From Leptospirales bacterium (GTDB lineage: Bacteria; Spirochaetota; Leptospiria; Turneriellales; JAOUFE01), in contig JBEQLE010000005.1 in NCBI GenBank assembly GCA_040326155.1, positions 27,041 through 91,040 on the forward strand: a DNA stretch of 64,000 bases, read 5' to 3'. Positions within the stretch are counted from its first letter, which is position 1, and each line of letters begins with the position of its first letter. Below, piece after piece: positions 24,336 through 35,196 of the stretch. The position numbers were made by a program, and so were the translations under genes. The notes beneath the pieces were generated by a model. That model was given only the letters and a program-made list of their open reading frames with translations, ran no database searches and was not told the origin of the DNA.

Positions 24336-25460
24336 GTGAAGTTCTTCAAAATAAAAAATTCATATAAGGTTTTATTGCTCGTGGTTGCCATCGCTCTCGT
24401 GCAAATAAGTTTGGAAGCAGCATCTTTAACCGTAGTTGAAATTAATAATAAAAAGTATATCCAACTCGAACATTTTACGGCTGTAGATTCAAACATCAGA
24501 GGAAAAGTCGACCCCTTAACACTGGTCGTGGAGCTTCACTATAAAACTAAAAAGGTTCGTTTGAAAATTGGCTACGCTTATTATGTGAGCGAAGGGGAGC
24601 AATACCAGCTGCAGTACCCACCGATTATAAAAAACTCTGTTGTATATTTACCCATTGGTTTAACAGAAGAGTTATTAAGTGAGCTGAATATACCCGTAAA
24701 ATACAGATATGACGGAAACGATATTGATGTAGTAACTGTAACTCCGACTCCCCGGTTCCGGGCAGGGGAAAAGATAAAACTTGATTTTATCGTTCTTGAC
24801 CCAGGACATGGTGGAAAAGACCCCGGTGCAAAAGGACGGGAAAAAGAGGTTACTCTAGAAGTCTCACGATACCTTTTTCACTACCTTCAAAAAAAATTAC
24901 CGAAAACAAAAATTTACATAACCCGCTATAATGACGAATATATAACTCTGGCAGACCGTTCGAAAATAGCCAATCGGAAATTAAAACAACACCAGTTTGG
25001 AATTTTTATAAGCATTCATTGTAATTCAACCCTTCAAAAAAGCGTTCATGGGTATGAAATATATTACCTGGCGCAAAATGCCGACAGCGAGCAGGCTCGG
25101 CAGGTAATGTTGCGAGAAAATTTTGGCGAGACAAACGGATTTTCAAAAAAGTCCCCCGTAACAGCCATAGAGTCTTTACTGTTTGATGCTCAATTAATGT
25201 CAGAAAGTAAAGTTCTTGCCAGAGCGCTAAACCGAACATTCATGACTCACTTCGATGGATTGGTAAGCGCCCGTGGGATAAAACGTGCCGATTTTGCCGT
25301 ATTGCGTGGTTCCATGATGCCCGCCGTACTATTTGAAATGGGCTATATCTCAAATGCCAATGAGGCAGTGGTTTTACGATCTAAGAAATACCGCGAGAAA
25401 CTCAGCATCGCGATAGTCGAGGCAGTTCAAGTGTTTATGCAAAATCTGCCCCGTCTCTAA
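24336..25460 (+). CDS. N-acetylmuramoyl-L-alanine amidase (Amidase_3)
   Basis: VLDPGHGGKDPGA, EKEVTL, ISIHCN, AVLFEMGYISN, signal peptide. Confidence 0.93.
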   Translation: MKFFKIKNSYKVLLLVVAIALVQISLEAASLTVVEINNKKYIQLEHFTAVDSNIRGKVDPLTLVVELHYKTKKVRLKIGYAYYVSEGEQYQLQYPPIIKNSVVYLPIGLTEELLSELNIPVKYRYDGNDIDVVTVTPTPRFRAGEKIKLDFIVLDPGHGGKDPGAKGREKEVTLEVSRYLFHYLQKKLPKTKIYITRYNDEYITLADRSKIANRKLKQHQFGIFISIHCNSTLQKSVHGYEIYYLAQNADSEQARQVMLRENFGETNGFSKKSPVTAIESLLFDAQLMSESKVLARALNRTFMTHFDGLVSARGIKRADFAVLRGSMMPAVLFEMGYISNANEAVVLRSKKYREKLSIAIVEAVQVFMQNLPRL

Positions 25461-25488
25461 TTATAAAAACGACCAAATTGGAATAATT

Positions 25489-26046
25489 ATGCGAATAAAT
25501 TTTATTGAAAAATTGAAAACGGATAGACTCTTTTTATTACGTTTTATAATGGTATTGGTCTGCCTCGATACAATCAGTGTGATGGTTTTGGCGAGAGTCA
25601 GTCCCATTCAGTTTATCAATGTAGCGAAGTTTCTATCAATACCCGCCCCGGACACACGTGAGTTGGTTACCCTGTATTATCCGAAAAGTATTCGAATTAA
25701 TGAAGACAAGGATGCGTCGCCGGAAAACTTGAAAGTGGGTTCCGATGAGAAAATTATTCGGTACACTTCAAGTGAGCTGAATGATAATCTTGCAGTTGAA
25801 AACGCTAAAATAATATTGATTGGTTTGGCGAATGACCCGAAAAATCCTGAAGGGCGAAAAGTTTTTAACTACGACGATATACCCGAAAGAATCTGGTTTA
25901 ACGAACATGTTTTATACATCAGCATTCATGAGGAATTTGTAAAGTTTCTTAAAAATACGGAATGGAAAATTGTCTCCTTGTGCATTAAAAAATCACTTAC
26001 CGAAAACATTGACTCTGTCCATGACGTTGTCTTTATGTTTCGCTAG
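25489..26046 (+). CDS. Hypothetical membrane-anchored protein
   Basis: 185-aa ORF with N-terminal TM segment, downstream of the amidase. Confidence 0.6.
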   Translation: MRINFIEKLKTDRLFLLRFIMVLVCLDTISVMVLARVSPIQFINVAKFLSIPAPDTRELVTLYYPKSIRINEDKDASPENLKVGSDEKIIRYTSSELNDNLAVENAKIILIGLANDPKNPEGRKVFNYDDIPERIWFNEHVLYISIHEEFVKFLKNTEWKIVSLCIKKSLTENIDSVHDVVFMFR

Positions 26047-27700
26047 CCCGAGTTTTCAACCATGTTTGAACAAATCCGAATAGTTGCAGTAAGACTATTA
26101 TAATCAGATATATGTATAAGGGTAAATAACCCCAAATGGAAAAAAGAGAGTTCGATCTTTCAGGAATTGACACTTTGTAGATTCTTTCGGCACGCGAATT
26201 CTGTGGCGTCTGGTTTAATACGGTGCCGGTAATATCGATATAAGCGCTGATACCGGAATTGGTAGAACGGACAATAGGTAATCGAAGTTCAATGGCTCGA
26301 ATTCTGGCGAGTTCAAGGTGTTGAAAATTTTCTGCGCTTTTACCGAACCATGTATCGTTTGTTAAATTAACAATGACTCTGGCTTTTTTGTTTGTTTTTT
26401 CGAAAAAATCAAGTGTAAATCGGGAGATCATCAGTTCATAGCAAACCGAAGGTAGTATACCACCAATTTTCGAATTAAAAAGGGCTTTTTTATCGCCCGG
26501 TGTGAAGTTAGAAACCTCGGGAACAAGATTGGACAAGGCAGGGAATGTATAAGACAAGGGAATATATTCACCGAAAGGCAATAAAATTATTTTGTGGTAT
26601 TTCGTTATATTGGTTTGGTCAGTCGGAATCAACCACATATTGTTAAAATATTCGGTCCTGCCTGAAGCGTTTCGCACCGGATCAATATCATTCAATATAA
26701 AATCTGTATTAAACTCATTTTGTATGGTATACACCACCTGCTGTAATTTCGTATGCTCGGTAAAACTTAACAAAGGAATTCCACTTTCGGGCCATACAAC
26801 AAAATCAACCTTTCTATTTTTAGAACGCTCTTCGTTCAATAGAACAATAGTTTGTTCCGTTATATTTTTTAACACGTTATAGCGAAACGTATCGACGTTT
26901 CTAATTTCAGAAAATGCTAATGGGGCGTTGCCTTGGATTACGGCAAAATTGGCGGTTTTAAAATGGGTCTGTTTTTCGTTCCAATACGATTTTGCCAGAT
27001 AGCCATACACATGCAGTAATGAAAACAGAACTAAAATGGCAAAGGCTGGTTTTAATGATTTTGCCGGTTTCAATGCCGGCAAAAAACGTTTGGCAATATC
27101 GTACAAAGACAAGTTCACCAGAAACCAGATAAGACTAAGGCCGTGAATGCCAACAATGTCGGCCGCCTGTATAAACAAGTCGTCCCCGCTAACCAGATTG
27201 GCTCCCGCAACGGGAAAAAGTTCCCAGCCGATTAACTCTGAAACACTCCATAAAACGGGCCATACTATGTAACGGTTTTTTAATAAACGATTCACAACCG
27301 ACTCAGACTCTTCTTTCGTGCGAGATGTTAGATAGATGAAAACAAAAAACAGAATAAAGCGAGAGCTGTTAATAATACAATAACCGGCAAAAGTCAAATA
27401 ACCAAGCCATTCGGGAAAGTGACCGTAAATAATAATCGTTGAATAGAGCCAGTACGATATAAAAGTATAAAAAGCCAGGGCGAGAACAATACCCCACCTA
27501 ATTGCTCTTTTAAAGGAGAGCTTATATTTGTCGATTAAAAAGAAGAGCGGTATAAAAGAAACAAAACCAAGTGGCCATATATGGTATGGTGCAAAAGATA
27601 ATATCTGTAATGCGGCCGAAAGAACCAACATTGCAAGAATGAAATATCTATCTGTTTTTTCTGGTGAATTCTTGAAGGAGGTTTTGAGTTGATTTGTCAT
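26033..27700 (-). CDS. lnt: Apolipoprotein N-acyltransferase
   Basis: Multiple TM segments, nitrilase triad motifs VWPE, YHKIILLPFGEY, VCYE, plus TNDTWFG and RSTNSGIS. True start may lie slightly downstream. Confidence 0.95.
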   Translation of the reverse strand: MTNQLKTSFKNSPEKTDRYFILAMLVLSAALQILSFAPYHIWPLGFVSFIPLFFLIDKYKLSFKRAIRWGIVLALAFYTFISYWLYSTIIIYGHFPEWLGYLTFAGYCIINSSRFILFFVFIYLTSRTKEESESVVNRLLKNRYIVWPVLWSVSELIGWELFPVAGANLVSGDDLFIQAADIVGIHGLSLIWFLVNLSLYDIAKRFLPALKPAKSLKPAFAILVLFSLLHVYGYLAKSYWNEKQTHFKTANFAVIQGNAPLAFSEIRNVDTFRYNVLKNITEQTIVLLNEERSKNRKVDFVVWPESGIPLLSFTEHTKLQQVVYTIQNEFNTDFILNDIDPVRNASGRTEYFNNMWLIPTDQTNITKYHKIILLPFGEYIPLSYTFPALSNLVPEVSNFTPGDKKALFNSKIGGILPSVCYELMISRFTLDFFEKTNKKARVIVNLTNDTWFGKSAENFQHLELARIRAIELRLPIVRSTNSGISAYIDITGTVLNQTPQNSRAERIYKVSIPERSNSLFSIWGYLPLYIYLIIIVLLQLFGFVQTWLKTRASET

Positions 27701-29216
27701 ATGATTTAATCCAGTCGTTGTTCGAGGTGTTTAAATTATCTAATATATTTACAGCCAGTTGTTTTCCGAGTTCAACCCCCCATTGGTCAAAACTATTTAT
27801 GCTCAACATGGCTCCTTCGGCAAAGGTTCGGTGCTCATAAAATGCCAATAATGAACCGATTGCTTCAGGTGTATATTCCTTTAAAAAAATGACAGTTGCA
27901 GGACGATCACCGGGAAACCTGCGGTATGGTTCGTCGGCATCGCCTGTTTCAGAACCACAGGCAAGACCCGTACTTTGTGCGATCATGTTGGCAACGAGCA
28001 TTTCATTAAAATGATCAGAATTGAATGAGTCTTTTAATATACCAACAAACTCAGCGGGATGAATGCCCGTACCCTGGTGCAGAAGTTGCATAAAAGAGTG
28101 TTGGCAATCGGTTCCGGGAAGTCCCCAGACAATACCTGAAGTCTTGTAGTTGGCAATACCATTTTCAATTACAAATGATTTTCCATTCGATTCCATTTCA
28201 AGTTGCTGAACATACTCGGTTAATAACGATAGTCCGGGGTGGTAGGGTAGCAAGGCTCGCGTCGAATATTCGAATCCATTGGAATGCCAGATGTCGAGAA
28301 GTGCAAAAATAAGGGGTATATTTTTACTTGTTTCGGTTGTAAAAAAATGGTGGTCCATTTCTGCGGCGCCGTTTAAAAATTTGTGGAAAACTTCGGGTCC
28401 GGTTTGAAAAATAACAGGCAGTGAAATGGCGGACCATATGGAATAACGTCCTCCCGTCCATGTTGGAAAGTGGACGATATTTTCTTCCGGAAAACCGGCG
28501 TCGATCGCTTTTTGGGGCGCTGCAGTAATCGCGAGACAATGTTTTTGGAAATCGGGAGCATTCACGAAAATATTTTGTATTACACTCCACCATTTAATTG
28601 TTTCTACGGATGAAAATGATTTGCTTGCTATAATAACGATGGTTGTTTTCGGGTCCAGGTTTTCGATTATACTTTTTACATCCGTGACAGGCGAACTTAA
28701 GAAATGGACTGCCGGAGCATTTTCTTTGAAAAATGGTTTAAGAGCGTTTGATAAAAATTTCGGTCCGGTAATGGAACCGCCAATTCCGGCGAAAATAACA
28801 TCCGTAATTTTTTTATTGTCCGTGGAACAAAAACGGTTGTATATCGTTTCAATACTTGCCAGAGATTGCCTGGCTTCTGCGCGTATATTCTCGGGGTAGG
28901 GCAGGGTTTTATTTTCGTAACTGCGCAGGGCATGGTGAAGGGCCGGACGATTCTCCGTAGTGTTTACCGGTTTTCCTGAAAAGAAATCTTGTTTTTTTTG
29001 ATTAAAACCTGTTTTTTCTGCAAGGCGAAATAAAATATCCAGAGCAGTAGAATCGATCTTGTTTTTAGTAATATCGAAAAGAAGACGTTCGGTTTTGAAA
29101 ACAAACTTGTTTATTCTGTCAGGATCTTGAATCAGCTTATTTATATTGTTCTTAGAAACAACGGGAACATGTTTTTTTAATTCTTCCCATTCAGGAAAGT
29201 CGGTAATTACAGGCAT
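27648..29216 (-). CDS. pgi: Glucose-6-phosphate isomerase
   Basis: GIGGS, GGRYSIWS, QQLEMESNGK, QHSFMQLLHQG, FDQWGVELGK. Confidence 0.97.
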   Translation of the reverse strand: MPVITDFPEWEELKKHVPVVSKNNINKLIQDPDRINKFVFKTERLLFDITKNKIDSTALDILFRLAEKTGFNQKKQDFFSGKPVNTTENRPALHHALRSYENKTLPYPENIRAEARQSLASIETIYNRFCSTDNKKITDVIFAGIGGSITGPKFLSNALKPFFKENAPAVHFLSSPVTDVKSIIENLDPKTTIVIIASKSFSSVETIKWWSVIQNIFVNAPDFQKHCLAITAAPQKAIDAGFPEENIVHFPTWTGGRYSIWSAISLPVIFQTGPEVFHKFLNGAAEMDHHFFTTETSKNIPLIFALLDIWHSNGFEYSTRALLPYHPGLSLLTEYVQQLEMESNGKSFVIENGIANYKTSGIVWGLPGTDCQHSFMQLLHQGTGIHPAEFVGILKDSFNSDHFNEMLVANMIAQSTGLACGSETGDADEPYRRFPGDRPATVIFLKEYTPEAIGSLLAFYEHRTFAEGAMLSINSFDQWGVELGKQLAVNILDNLNTSNNDWIKSYDKSTQNLLQEFTRKNR

Positions 29217-29218
29217 GG

Positions 29219-31060
29219 TTAAAATATGTATCCAATTCTAACGGCGCCCCAGTGTTTGTCTTTAAATTTAAACGGCATGGAAAGATCGTTTAAAAATTCC
29301 CCAGTGTCCTTTTTGTACATTTGTAATAAATAAGGTTCGAGATTTTTGGAAGCCCTGATGCCAATTGAGTCGTTGTAAATTCTTTTTGTACGATTGTAAC
29401 GCAGTTCATCGTCCGCATTTTGTGTCTGTGTTTGCATGTATTTTTTATTGTGCGTTGGAACGTAACCGTGATCATCTACTAAACAAAAATAATCGAGACG
29501 ATCATCTTTATTTAGAAAAACTTCCTGTTTAGGGCCTAAGTATTCGTCGGTAAAACGATCAAAGCTTGAGTGGTATTTTGGCGGGTTAAAATCACCGAAT
29601 TTAACGTAAGTTCTGTTAAAGAGCTCTTCTTCTGTGATATGCTTTTTGTCCATTTCAGACTCGAAGACTTTTGAAATCTCTTCTAGAAACTGGTTACCTA
29701 GTTGTAACATTCGTTGTAATGGATTCTCAAGCCGTTCTTCAAAATTAAATTTATCAGTAATTATGGAAAGACTATATGTCTGTTCAACAAGATTGTCGGT
29801 ATTGCTGAAAATCGTTTTTACACCATCGGCATTGTCCGATACAAATTTAGAAATAGTTTCGACATAGTTATGAATTTCATTTGACCTTTTCGATTGTTTT
29901 CGAGAAACAATTGCCAACTCATGAACTCGATCGGTCAACCCTTCCACATCACCTAATACATTTTCAAGAAGGTCGTGTACCCGGTCAGAGTGATCAATAA
30001 TCGTATTGGCTTGTTGCAGCTCTTTGGGTAGCATGTCCATTGTCGCTTCAGTGGACACCCGAATGGAGTTAATCATCTCAATAACTTTACGAGTTGATTT
30101 TTGAGTTGTATCTGCTAATTTACCGATCTCTTCGGCGACGACGGCAAAACTATGCCCTTTTTCTCCGGCGCGAGCCGATTCAATGGTGGCATTTAAGGCC
30201 AGAAGGTTTGTCTGGTCTGCTACGTTTTCAATACCATCAATAATAGTTGCGATTTTATTGGTTGAGGTACTTAAATTACGAATTAAATCGGTGGTCGTAG
30301 CCATGGTATTTAATACAGTTTTAATTTCACTTTCTGTGCTTAATGCCATTTTTTGCCCCAGAGCGGCTGACTCAATTGCTTTTTCTGACATGCTTTTAAT
30401 GATAGATACTTTTTTATCGACATCGTTAAAAAATTCAGCCATATCCTGCGAGGTAAATAGAATATCGTGGGAGCTGCTTATTTGCTCTCTTAAGCGGCCC
30501 GCGTTCGTGGAAGCCAGCGAGTCGATGTTACCGGTTCCAGAATGAACAATATTAACAATGGTATCTAGAAACATAGCATGCGCAATCGGGATACTTTTCT
30601 CGAATTTATGTCTTGGTAGAATCTCTTTTTCTTCCGTAACAACCGTTTCGTTCGGTAATATGCTTTTTTGCAGTGAAAAGGTGTGTAATATGAGGTGTAA
30701 AAGGGCTGCCAGAGCCATTATACTTCCTGCATAGACTTGAAACGAAAACACAGTCTCCGGTGGCAGAGGAAAGTAGAAAATAAGAAAAATATACAAACTA
30801 ATTGCTATAGAAGATGTTAAGTAAATAAGGATAGGGTTACGATAAAGAAATATAAGGATAAGTGTCGGAAAAAGCAGGGCTCCAGAAAGGGGGTGGTAGT
30901 TTGTAGCCACACCAGCTGCCGCTACACTCAAGAACAGCAGGGGAATTGTGGTAAAAGGCGATGTAAAAAAAATTATGATAGCATCTTTAAAGGAATTTTC
31001 AACTGCCTGTACAGGTTCGTTATCACCGTTAAGCGAATCGTATTTTAAACTAACTTCCAT
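29219..31060 (-). CDS. Methyl-accepting chemotaxis protein with C-terminal Cache-like domain
   Basis: N-terminal TMs, [18 protein letters not shown] signalling tip, C-terminal [10 protein letters not shown]...KRIYND...HWGAVRIGY domain. Confidence 0.9.
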   Translation of the reverse strand: MEVSLKYDSLNGDNEPVQAVENSFKDAIIIFFTSPFTTIPLLFLSVAAAGVATNYHPLSGALLFPTLILIFLYRNPILIYLTSSIAISLYIFLIFYFPLPPETVFSFQVYAGSIMALAALLHLILHTFSLQKSILPNETVVTEEKEILPRHKFEKSIPIAHAMFLDTIVNIVHSGTGNIDSLASTNAGRLREQISSSHDILFTSQDMAEFFNDVDKKVSIIKSMSEKAIESAALGQKMALSTESEIKTVLNTMATTTDLIRNLSTSTNKIATIIDGIENVADQTNLLALNATIESARAGEKGHSFAVVAEEIGKLADTTQKSTRKVIEMINSIRVSTEATMDMLPKELQQANTIIDHSDRVHDLLENVLGDVEGLTDRVHELAIVSRKQSKRSNEIHNYVETISKFVSDNADGVKTIFSNTDNLVEQTYSLSIITDKFNFEERLENPLQRMLQLGNQFLEEISKVFESEMDKKHITEEELFNRTYVKFGDFNPPKYHSSFDRFTDEYLGPKQEVFLNKDDRLDYFCLVDDHGYVPTHNKKYMQTQTQNADDELRYNRTKRIYNDSIGIRASKNLEPYLLQMYKKDTGEFLNDLSMPFKFKDKHWGAVRIGYIF

Positions 31061-31231
31061 ATTTTATCGATCCATACTGCAAGGAAACCGTAAATTCTCG
31101 ATTTACACAGTCTACTCTTTTAATATCGGTATTAAAGGTTTTGTTATTAAAAAAGTTCTAAAAAGATTGAATTATTCGTTTTCGATTATTCTTTACAAGA
31201 CAGAGGGATAAGTTAGCAAAGGAAACTGCAC

Positions 31232-33175
31232 ATGAGTCTGACCACAACACACAATTATTCGCTTTCACGGAAATATTTTAACCTCGGGTTGCTTTTGCAA
31301 ACGGTGGTCTTCTTCTTAATTTCTTATGCCCGGGGCGAGTTTGTTTTGCCCGTGATCGCAATCGTTATTACCGGTTTTGTTTTATTGGTTCATGTATTTA
31401 CATCGGGTGATCATCTTAAAGAAGGTATTCTCTACGTAGTCTCTCTATTGTTTATATCCACTGTCATTTTGTTATTTTCTGTAAAGACACCTGGTATTTA
31501 TATATACTATAGTCTAATTTCCGTTTTACTCGTTGTTTTTCTTCGCCAATGGTTATTGGCGCTTTATGGTATTGCCGGTTTTTTCTTCTTATTGTATGGA
31601 TGGATAAATAGTAACATTACAGCTGGTGTGTTTGGGGAGAATGCTAAATCATCGGAATTGCTTATAGCGCTCTCGATTTTCTTAACGGGTATGTTTTTCT
31701 CGTGGTATATTTGTAAACAGGTTCTGCGTTGGCTTAAAAGTGAGGAACCTCTCGCTGAACTGTCCGAACAGAAAGAAAATTCAGTTGATCTCGATCATTA
31801 TGAAATTCCATATTTAATGTATTTGAAACCGGTAGCAGATAATATTCGGCGACTGAGCAAAGAAATTGAAAAATCAGGCACCAGTAACAAAATTCGACTT
31901 TCCGGCCAAAAAGAAAAAATTATCGAAGTTGAAAGTGTGGTTAAAAATCTGGGCGACTCCTTTCATGATACTTCCGATATTATTAAACAAGTTAAACGTA
32001 TCAGCTCTCAGTGTCGTACCATTGCAAAAACCAGTGCCGAAGAGATTCACGTTGTCTTAGAAATGGTAAAACAGATGGTGAAAATCGTTGACGCTACCCG
32101 AAAACATGTTGCCGATTTGAAAGAGTCTACCCGTCGGGTTGAAAACGTTATTAAAGTTATCGATAAAATTTCCCACCAGACTCGATTACTGGCATTAAAC
32201 GCATCTATTGAAGCCGCCAGGTTCGGGGCTGACCAGCATGGTTTTGTGATGGTAGCAGATGAAGTGAAAGTACTCTCTGTTTTAACCCAGCTTTCTGTTC
32301 AGGATATTACAAACACTGTAAGAGATATTAAGATTAAAACGAAAGCGGTAGAAGATATTATTAACCAGGAAGTCGAAGAGTCGGTAAAAGGTCTTGATAT
32401 AGCCCGTTTAGGGGAACAGTCGGTTAAGTATGTTGACAGCATTTTAGGTTCTCTTGAAATGGAAGTTGAAATGATGGAAGAGGAATTTGTAACAAACCGC
32501 GAATCGGCCATCGCTATTATTGAACAGTTTTCTAATATTAAAGTTTTTGTGGAAGAAAATTCCAAAAGTATGAATGAACTGTTGCTGCGTATTGATGACA
32601 TGAAGCTTCAAACAGAAAACGTTATGACCATTGTTAAAAGTTGTGACCTTGACGCTCCCATTAGTAAACAAAACGATCTTGCTTTTATGTATGGAAACCG
32701 TGTTATTATGGAGTGTGAAACCATATTTGAAAACGGAATTGCATCTAAAGATATATCCATGGAAGATTTGTACAGTCGTGAGTACGAGCCGTTCGAAGAA
32801 GGGTTGGGTTTATATCATAGTAAACATGACAAGTATATTGAAACACATTTGCAAAAAGTACTCGATAAATATCTTGAAAAAGTAGACAACTTTGTTTACT
32901 TCTATATTATGGACTCTAAGGGGTATATTCCGGTGCATAATTCTATATATTCTCAAGAATTGACCGGAGATATTGACAAGGATGAAAAACTACATCGACC
33001 AAAAAGGATAAGTCAGGACTATGCATCTACTCTTGCATTGAAAAATGACGATATTTTTCTTTTACAGTGTGTTCGACACTCCTCGGAGACAGAACCTGTT
33101 ATGGATATGTCGATACCCTTTTTCTTTCGCGATAAACAGTGGGGTGTTGTGAGAGTCGGTTTTGTTTACACGTAA
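31232..33175 (+). CDS. Methyl-accepting chemotaxis protein (divergent tip) with C-terminal Cache-like domain
   Basis: Multiple N-terminal TMs, QTRLLALNASIEAARFG, C-terminal DSKGYIPVHN...QWGVVRVGF. Confidence 0.88.
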   Translation: MSLTTTHNYSLSRKYFNLGLLLQTVVFFLISYARGEFVLPVIAIVITGFVLLVHVFTSGDHLKEGILYVVSLLFISTVILLFSVKTPGIYIYYSLISVLLVVFLRQWLLALYGIAGFFFLLYGWINSNITAGVFGENAKSSELLIALSIFLTGMFFSWYICKQVLRWLKSEEPLAELSEQKENSVDLDHYEIPYLMYLKPVADNIRRLSKEIEKSGTSNKIRLSGQKEKIIEVESVVKNLGDSFHDTSDIIKQVKRISSQCRTIAKTSAEEIHVVLEMVKQMVKIVDATRKHVADLKESTRRVENVIKVIDKISHQTRLLALNASIEAARFGADQHGFVMVADEVKVLSVLTQLSVQDITNTVRDIKIKTKAVEDIINQEVEESVKGLDIARLGEQSVKYVDSILGSLEMEVEMMEEEFVTNRESAIAIIEQFSNIKVFVEENSKSMNELLLRIDDMKLQTENVMTIVKSCDLDAPISKQNDLAFMYGNRVIMECETIFENGIASKDISMEDLYSREYEPFEEGLGLYHSKHDKYIETHLQKVLDKYLEKVDNFVYFYIMDSKGYIPVHNSIYSQELTGDIDKDEKLHRPKRISQDYASTLALKNDDIFLLQCVRHSSETEPVMDMSIPFFFRDKQWGVVRVGFVYT

Positions 33176-33236
33176 ATTTGTTAAATTAAGAAGAAATGTG
33201 GTTTTGACGATACTATTAAAGTAAAGGAACATATAA

Positions 33237-33944
33237 ATGGAAAAACCTATTGTAATTCATTATCGATTTAAATTTACTGATGACAACCGCGTTACAGATT
33301 ACCTGCTCCGTCTTGACCCTAAAACGATTACGTTTATTCCTCCCACCGATTTGGAATTACCTGACTGGGTAAACCTCGAATTTAACAAATGCGATCACTG
33401 TCCGTTAGATCCGAAAGAGCATCAGCATTGTCCGGTTGCCAGGAACCTGGCCGGGTTTGTGGAACACTTTAAAAATGAAATTTCCCATACGGAAGCGCTG
33501 ATTATTGTTCGTGCAAATGATCGTTATTATAGCAAGCAACTCTCTTTGCAAGAGGGACTTTATTCTGTGTATGGAATTATTATGTCGACCAGCAATTGTC
33601 CCATGATGAATTTCCTAAAACCAATGGCCCGGTATCATCTTCCTTTTGCATCGCTGGAAGAGACTATCTTTCGTACGACTTCTTCTTACCTGCTTGAGCA
33701 ATACTATGCTCATAAACGCGGTGAAGAGGCTGATCTGAAACTTGACGGACTTTTATTTCGCTATCAGGAAGTCGAAAAGGTAAATGAAGGTATTTCGAGA
33801 CGTCTAAGAGCTGTAACCAGTGGAGACGCTGATCGAAACGCCGTTGTCCTTCTCGATTCACTGGCCCAGGTACTTTTCTTTGAACTTGGCACCAGCCTCG
33901 AGAGTATGGAGTATTTGTATGGCCAGTCTGTTCAATCTACTTAA
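33237..33944 (+). CDS. Conserved Cys-rich hypothetical protein (DUF6901-like)
   Basis: LPDWVNLEFNKCDHCPL...HCPVA, SNCP, FLKPMARYHLPFAS...ET. Confidence 0.7.
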   Translation: MEKPIVIHYRFKFTDDNRVTDYLLRLDPKTITFIPPTDLELPDWVNLEFNKCDHCPLDPKEHQHCPVARNLAGFVEHFKNEISHTEALIIVRANDRYYSKQLSLQEGLYSVYGIIMSTSNCPMMNFLKPMARYHLPFASLEETIFRTTSSYLLEQYYAHKRGEEADLKLDGLLFRYQEVEKVNEGISRRLRAVTSGDADRNAVVLLDSLAQVLFFELGTSLESMEYLYGQSVQST

Positions 33945-33988
33945 AAAAGCTGTTTTTGTCACGAGAATGGATTGTCTATAAATATTAT

Positions 33989-34017
33989 TTGACAACCTAT
34001 CTGTATTCTATTATGTT
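33989..34017 (+). promoter_or_regulatory. Sigma70-type promoter of hrcA operon
   Basis: TTGACA (33989-94)-17 bp-TATGTT (34012-17), just upstream of CIRCE. Confidence 0.7.
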
Positions 34018-34026
34018 GCAATCCAG

Positions 34027-34053
34027 TTAGCACTCGAAAGTTTAGAGTGCTAA
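34027..34053 (+). promoter_or_regulatory. CIRCE operator (HrcA site)
   Basis: Perfect TTAGCACTC-N9-GAGTGCTAA, 18 bp upstream of hrcA. Confidence 0.99.
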
Positions 34054-34071
34054 TGTATTGGTCCTAAACTC

Positions 34072-35175
34072 ATGACAGAACAGATTACAAAACGACAAGC
34101 GAATATTATCAGGTCTGTTGTTACCGGCTATATCGACACGGGGCAACCTGTCGGGTCGGCTAATGTGGTCGAAAATTTTTTAAACGATATTTCATCTGCA
34201 ACAGTAAGAAAAGAGATGTCGGTTTTAGAACAGATGGGTTATCTCTTTAGCCCACATACGTCGGCAGGTAGAGTTCCCTCCGATAAAGCGATTGAATTTT
34301 ATGTTCGAGAGTTAATTGGCCTCTATTCGGGTGAAGCTAAAAAAAGTGTCAATTTAGAAGAACTTTCGAGAACAGCCAACATGCAACTTGAAAAGTTGAT
34401 GAAAGCAACCGCGCAGCAACTTGCAGCAGCTTCCGATAATGCCGGTATTGTTCTAGCCCCTTTGGCTTCTGGTTCTTCCATTAACCGGGTCGAACTTGTT
34501 TCGGTTACGGGAAGCATTGTTTTAATTATAATGGTCGCTGGTTCCGGTACAATTTACCAGAAAAAAGTGCGCTTAGATTCAGCTTATACACAAGAAGAGT
34601 TATATAAAGTCAGCAGGTATTTAAACCGTATGTTGAAAGGGTACGATATAACCGATATTCGCGATAAAGGGCTTGCCTTTTTTATGGAGTCCGATAATAG
34701 TATGGGCGACCTGGGTAACGCTGCTATGCAGGTGGCTCAAAATTTGATTTATACCCCACCGAACCAGCAGGTTCTAATTGAGGGTGAAGCGTCTTTATAT
34801 AAACATATTCACGAAGAGTATAGTGACCCGAAAGTTTCAGAGTTATTGATAAACCAGCTCGAAGATAAAAGTTTTATATGCAATTTAATCAATGATTTAA
34901 CACAAGAAGACGCTATCGATGTTCAAATCGGTTTTAATACAAGCGATGAACGTCTTGAAGGTATCTCAATTTTAACACGTAGTTATTCCGTAGGCGGTAG
35001 AAATATTGGAGCTCTCGGTGTCATAGGTCTGAAACGAATGCCCTATGACAAAATTATCCAGAGTATTGATTACAGCTCTTTTATTTTATCCAGTTTGTTA
35101 AATGAACTATCCGAATTAGATTTTGATGAAGGGACAATTATCAATATTGACGGATTACCCGCTTTGCGCCATTGA
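34072..35175 (+). CDS. hrcA: Heat-inducible transcription repressor
   Basis: YIDTGQPVGS, SSATVR, PHTSAGRVP, GVIGLKRMPY. CIRCE upstream. Confidence 0.97.
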   Translation: MTEQITKRQANIIRSVVTGYIDTGQPVGSANVVENFLNDISSATVRKEMSVLEQMGYLFSPHTSAGRVPSDKAIEFYVRELIGLYSGEAKKSVNLEELSRTANMQLEKLMKATAQQLAAASDNAGIVLAPLASGSSINRVELVSVTGSIVLIIMVAGSGTIYQKKVRLDSAYTQEELYKVSRYLNRMLKGYDITDIRDKGLAFFMESDNSMGDLGNAAMQVAQNLIYTPPNQQVLIEGEASLYKHIHEEYSDPKVSELLINQLEDKSFICNLINDLTQEDAIDVQIGFNTSDERLEGISILTRSYSVGGRNIGALGVIGLKRMPYDKIIQSIDYSSFILSSLLNELSELDFDEGTIINIDGLPALRH

Positions 35176-35196
35176 TAAGTATACAAGGAAACCAAT

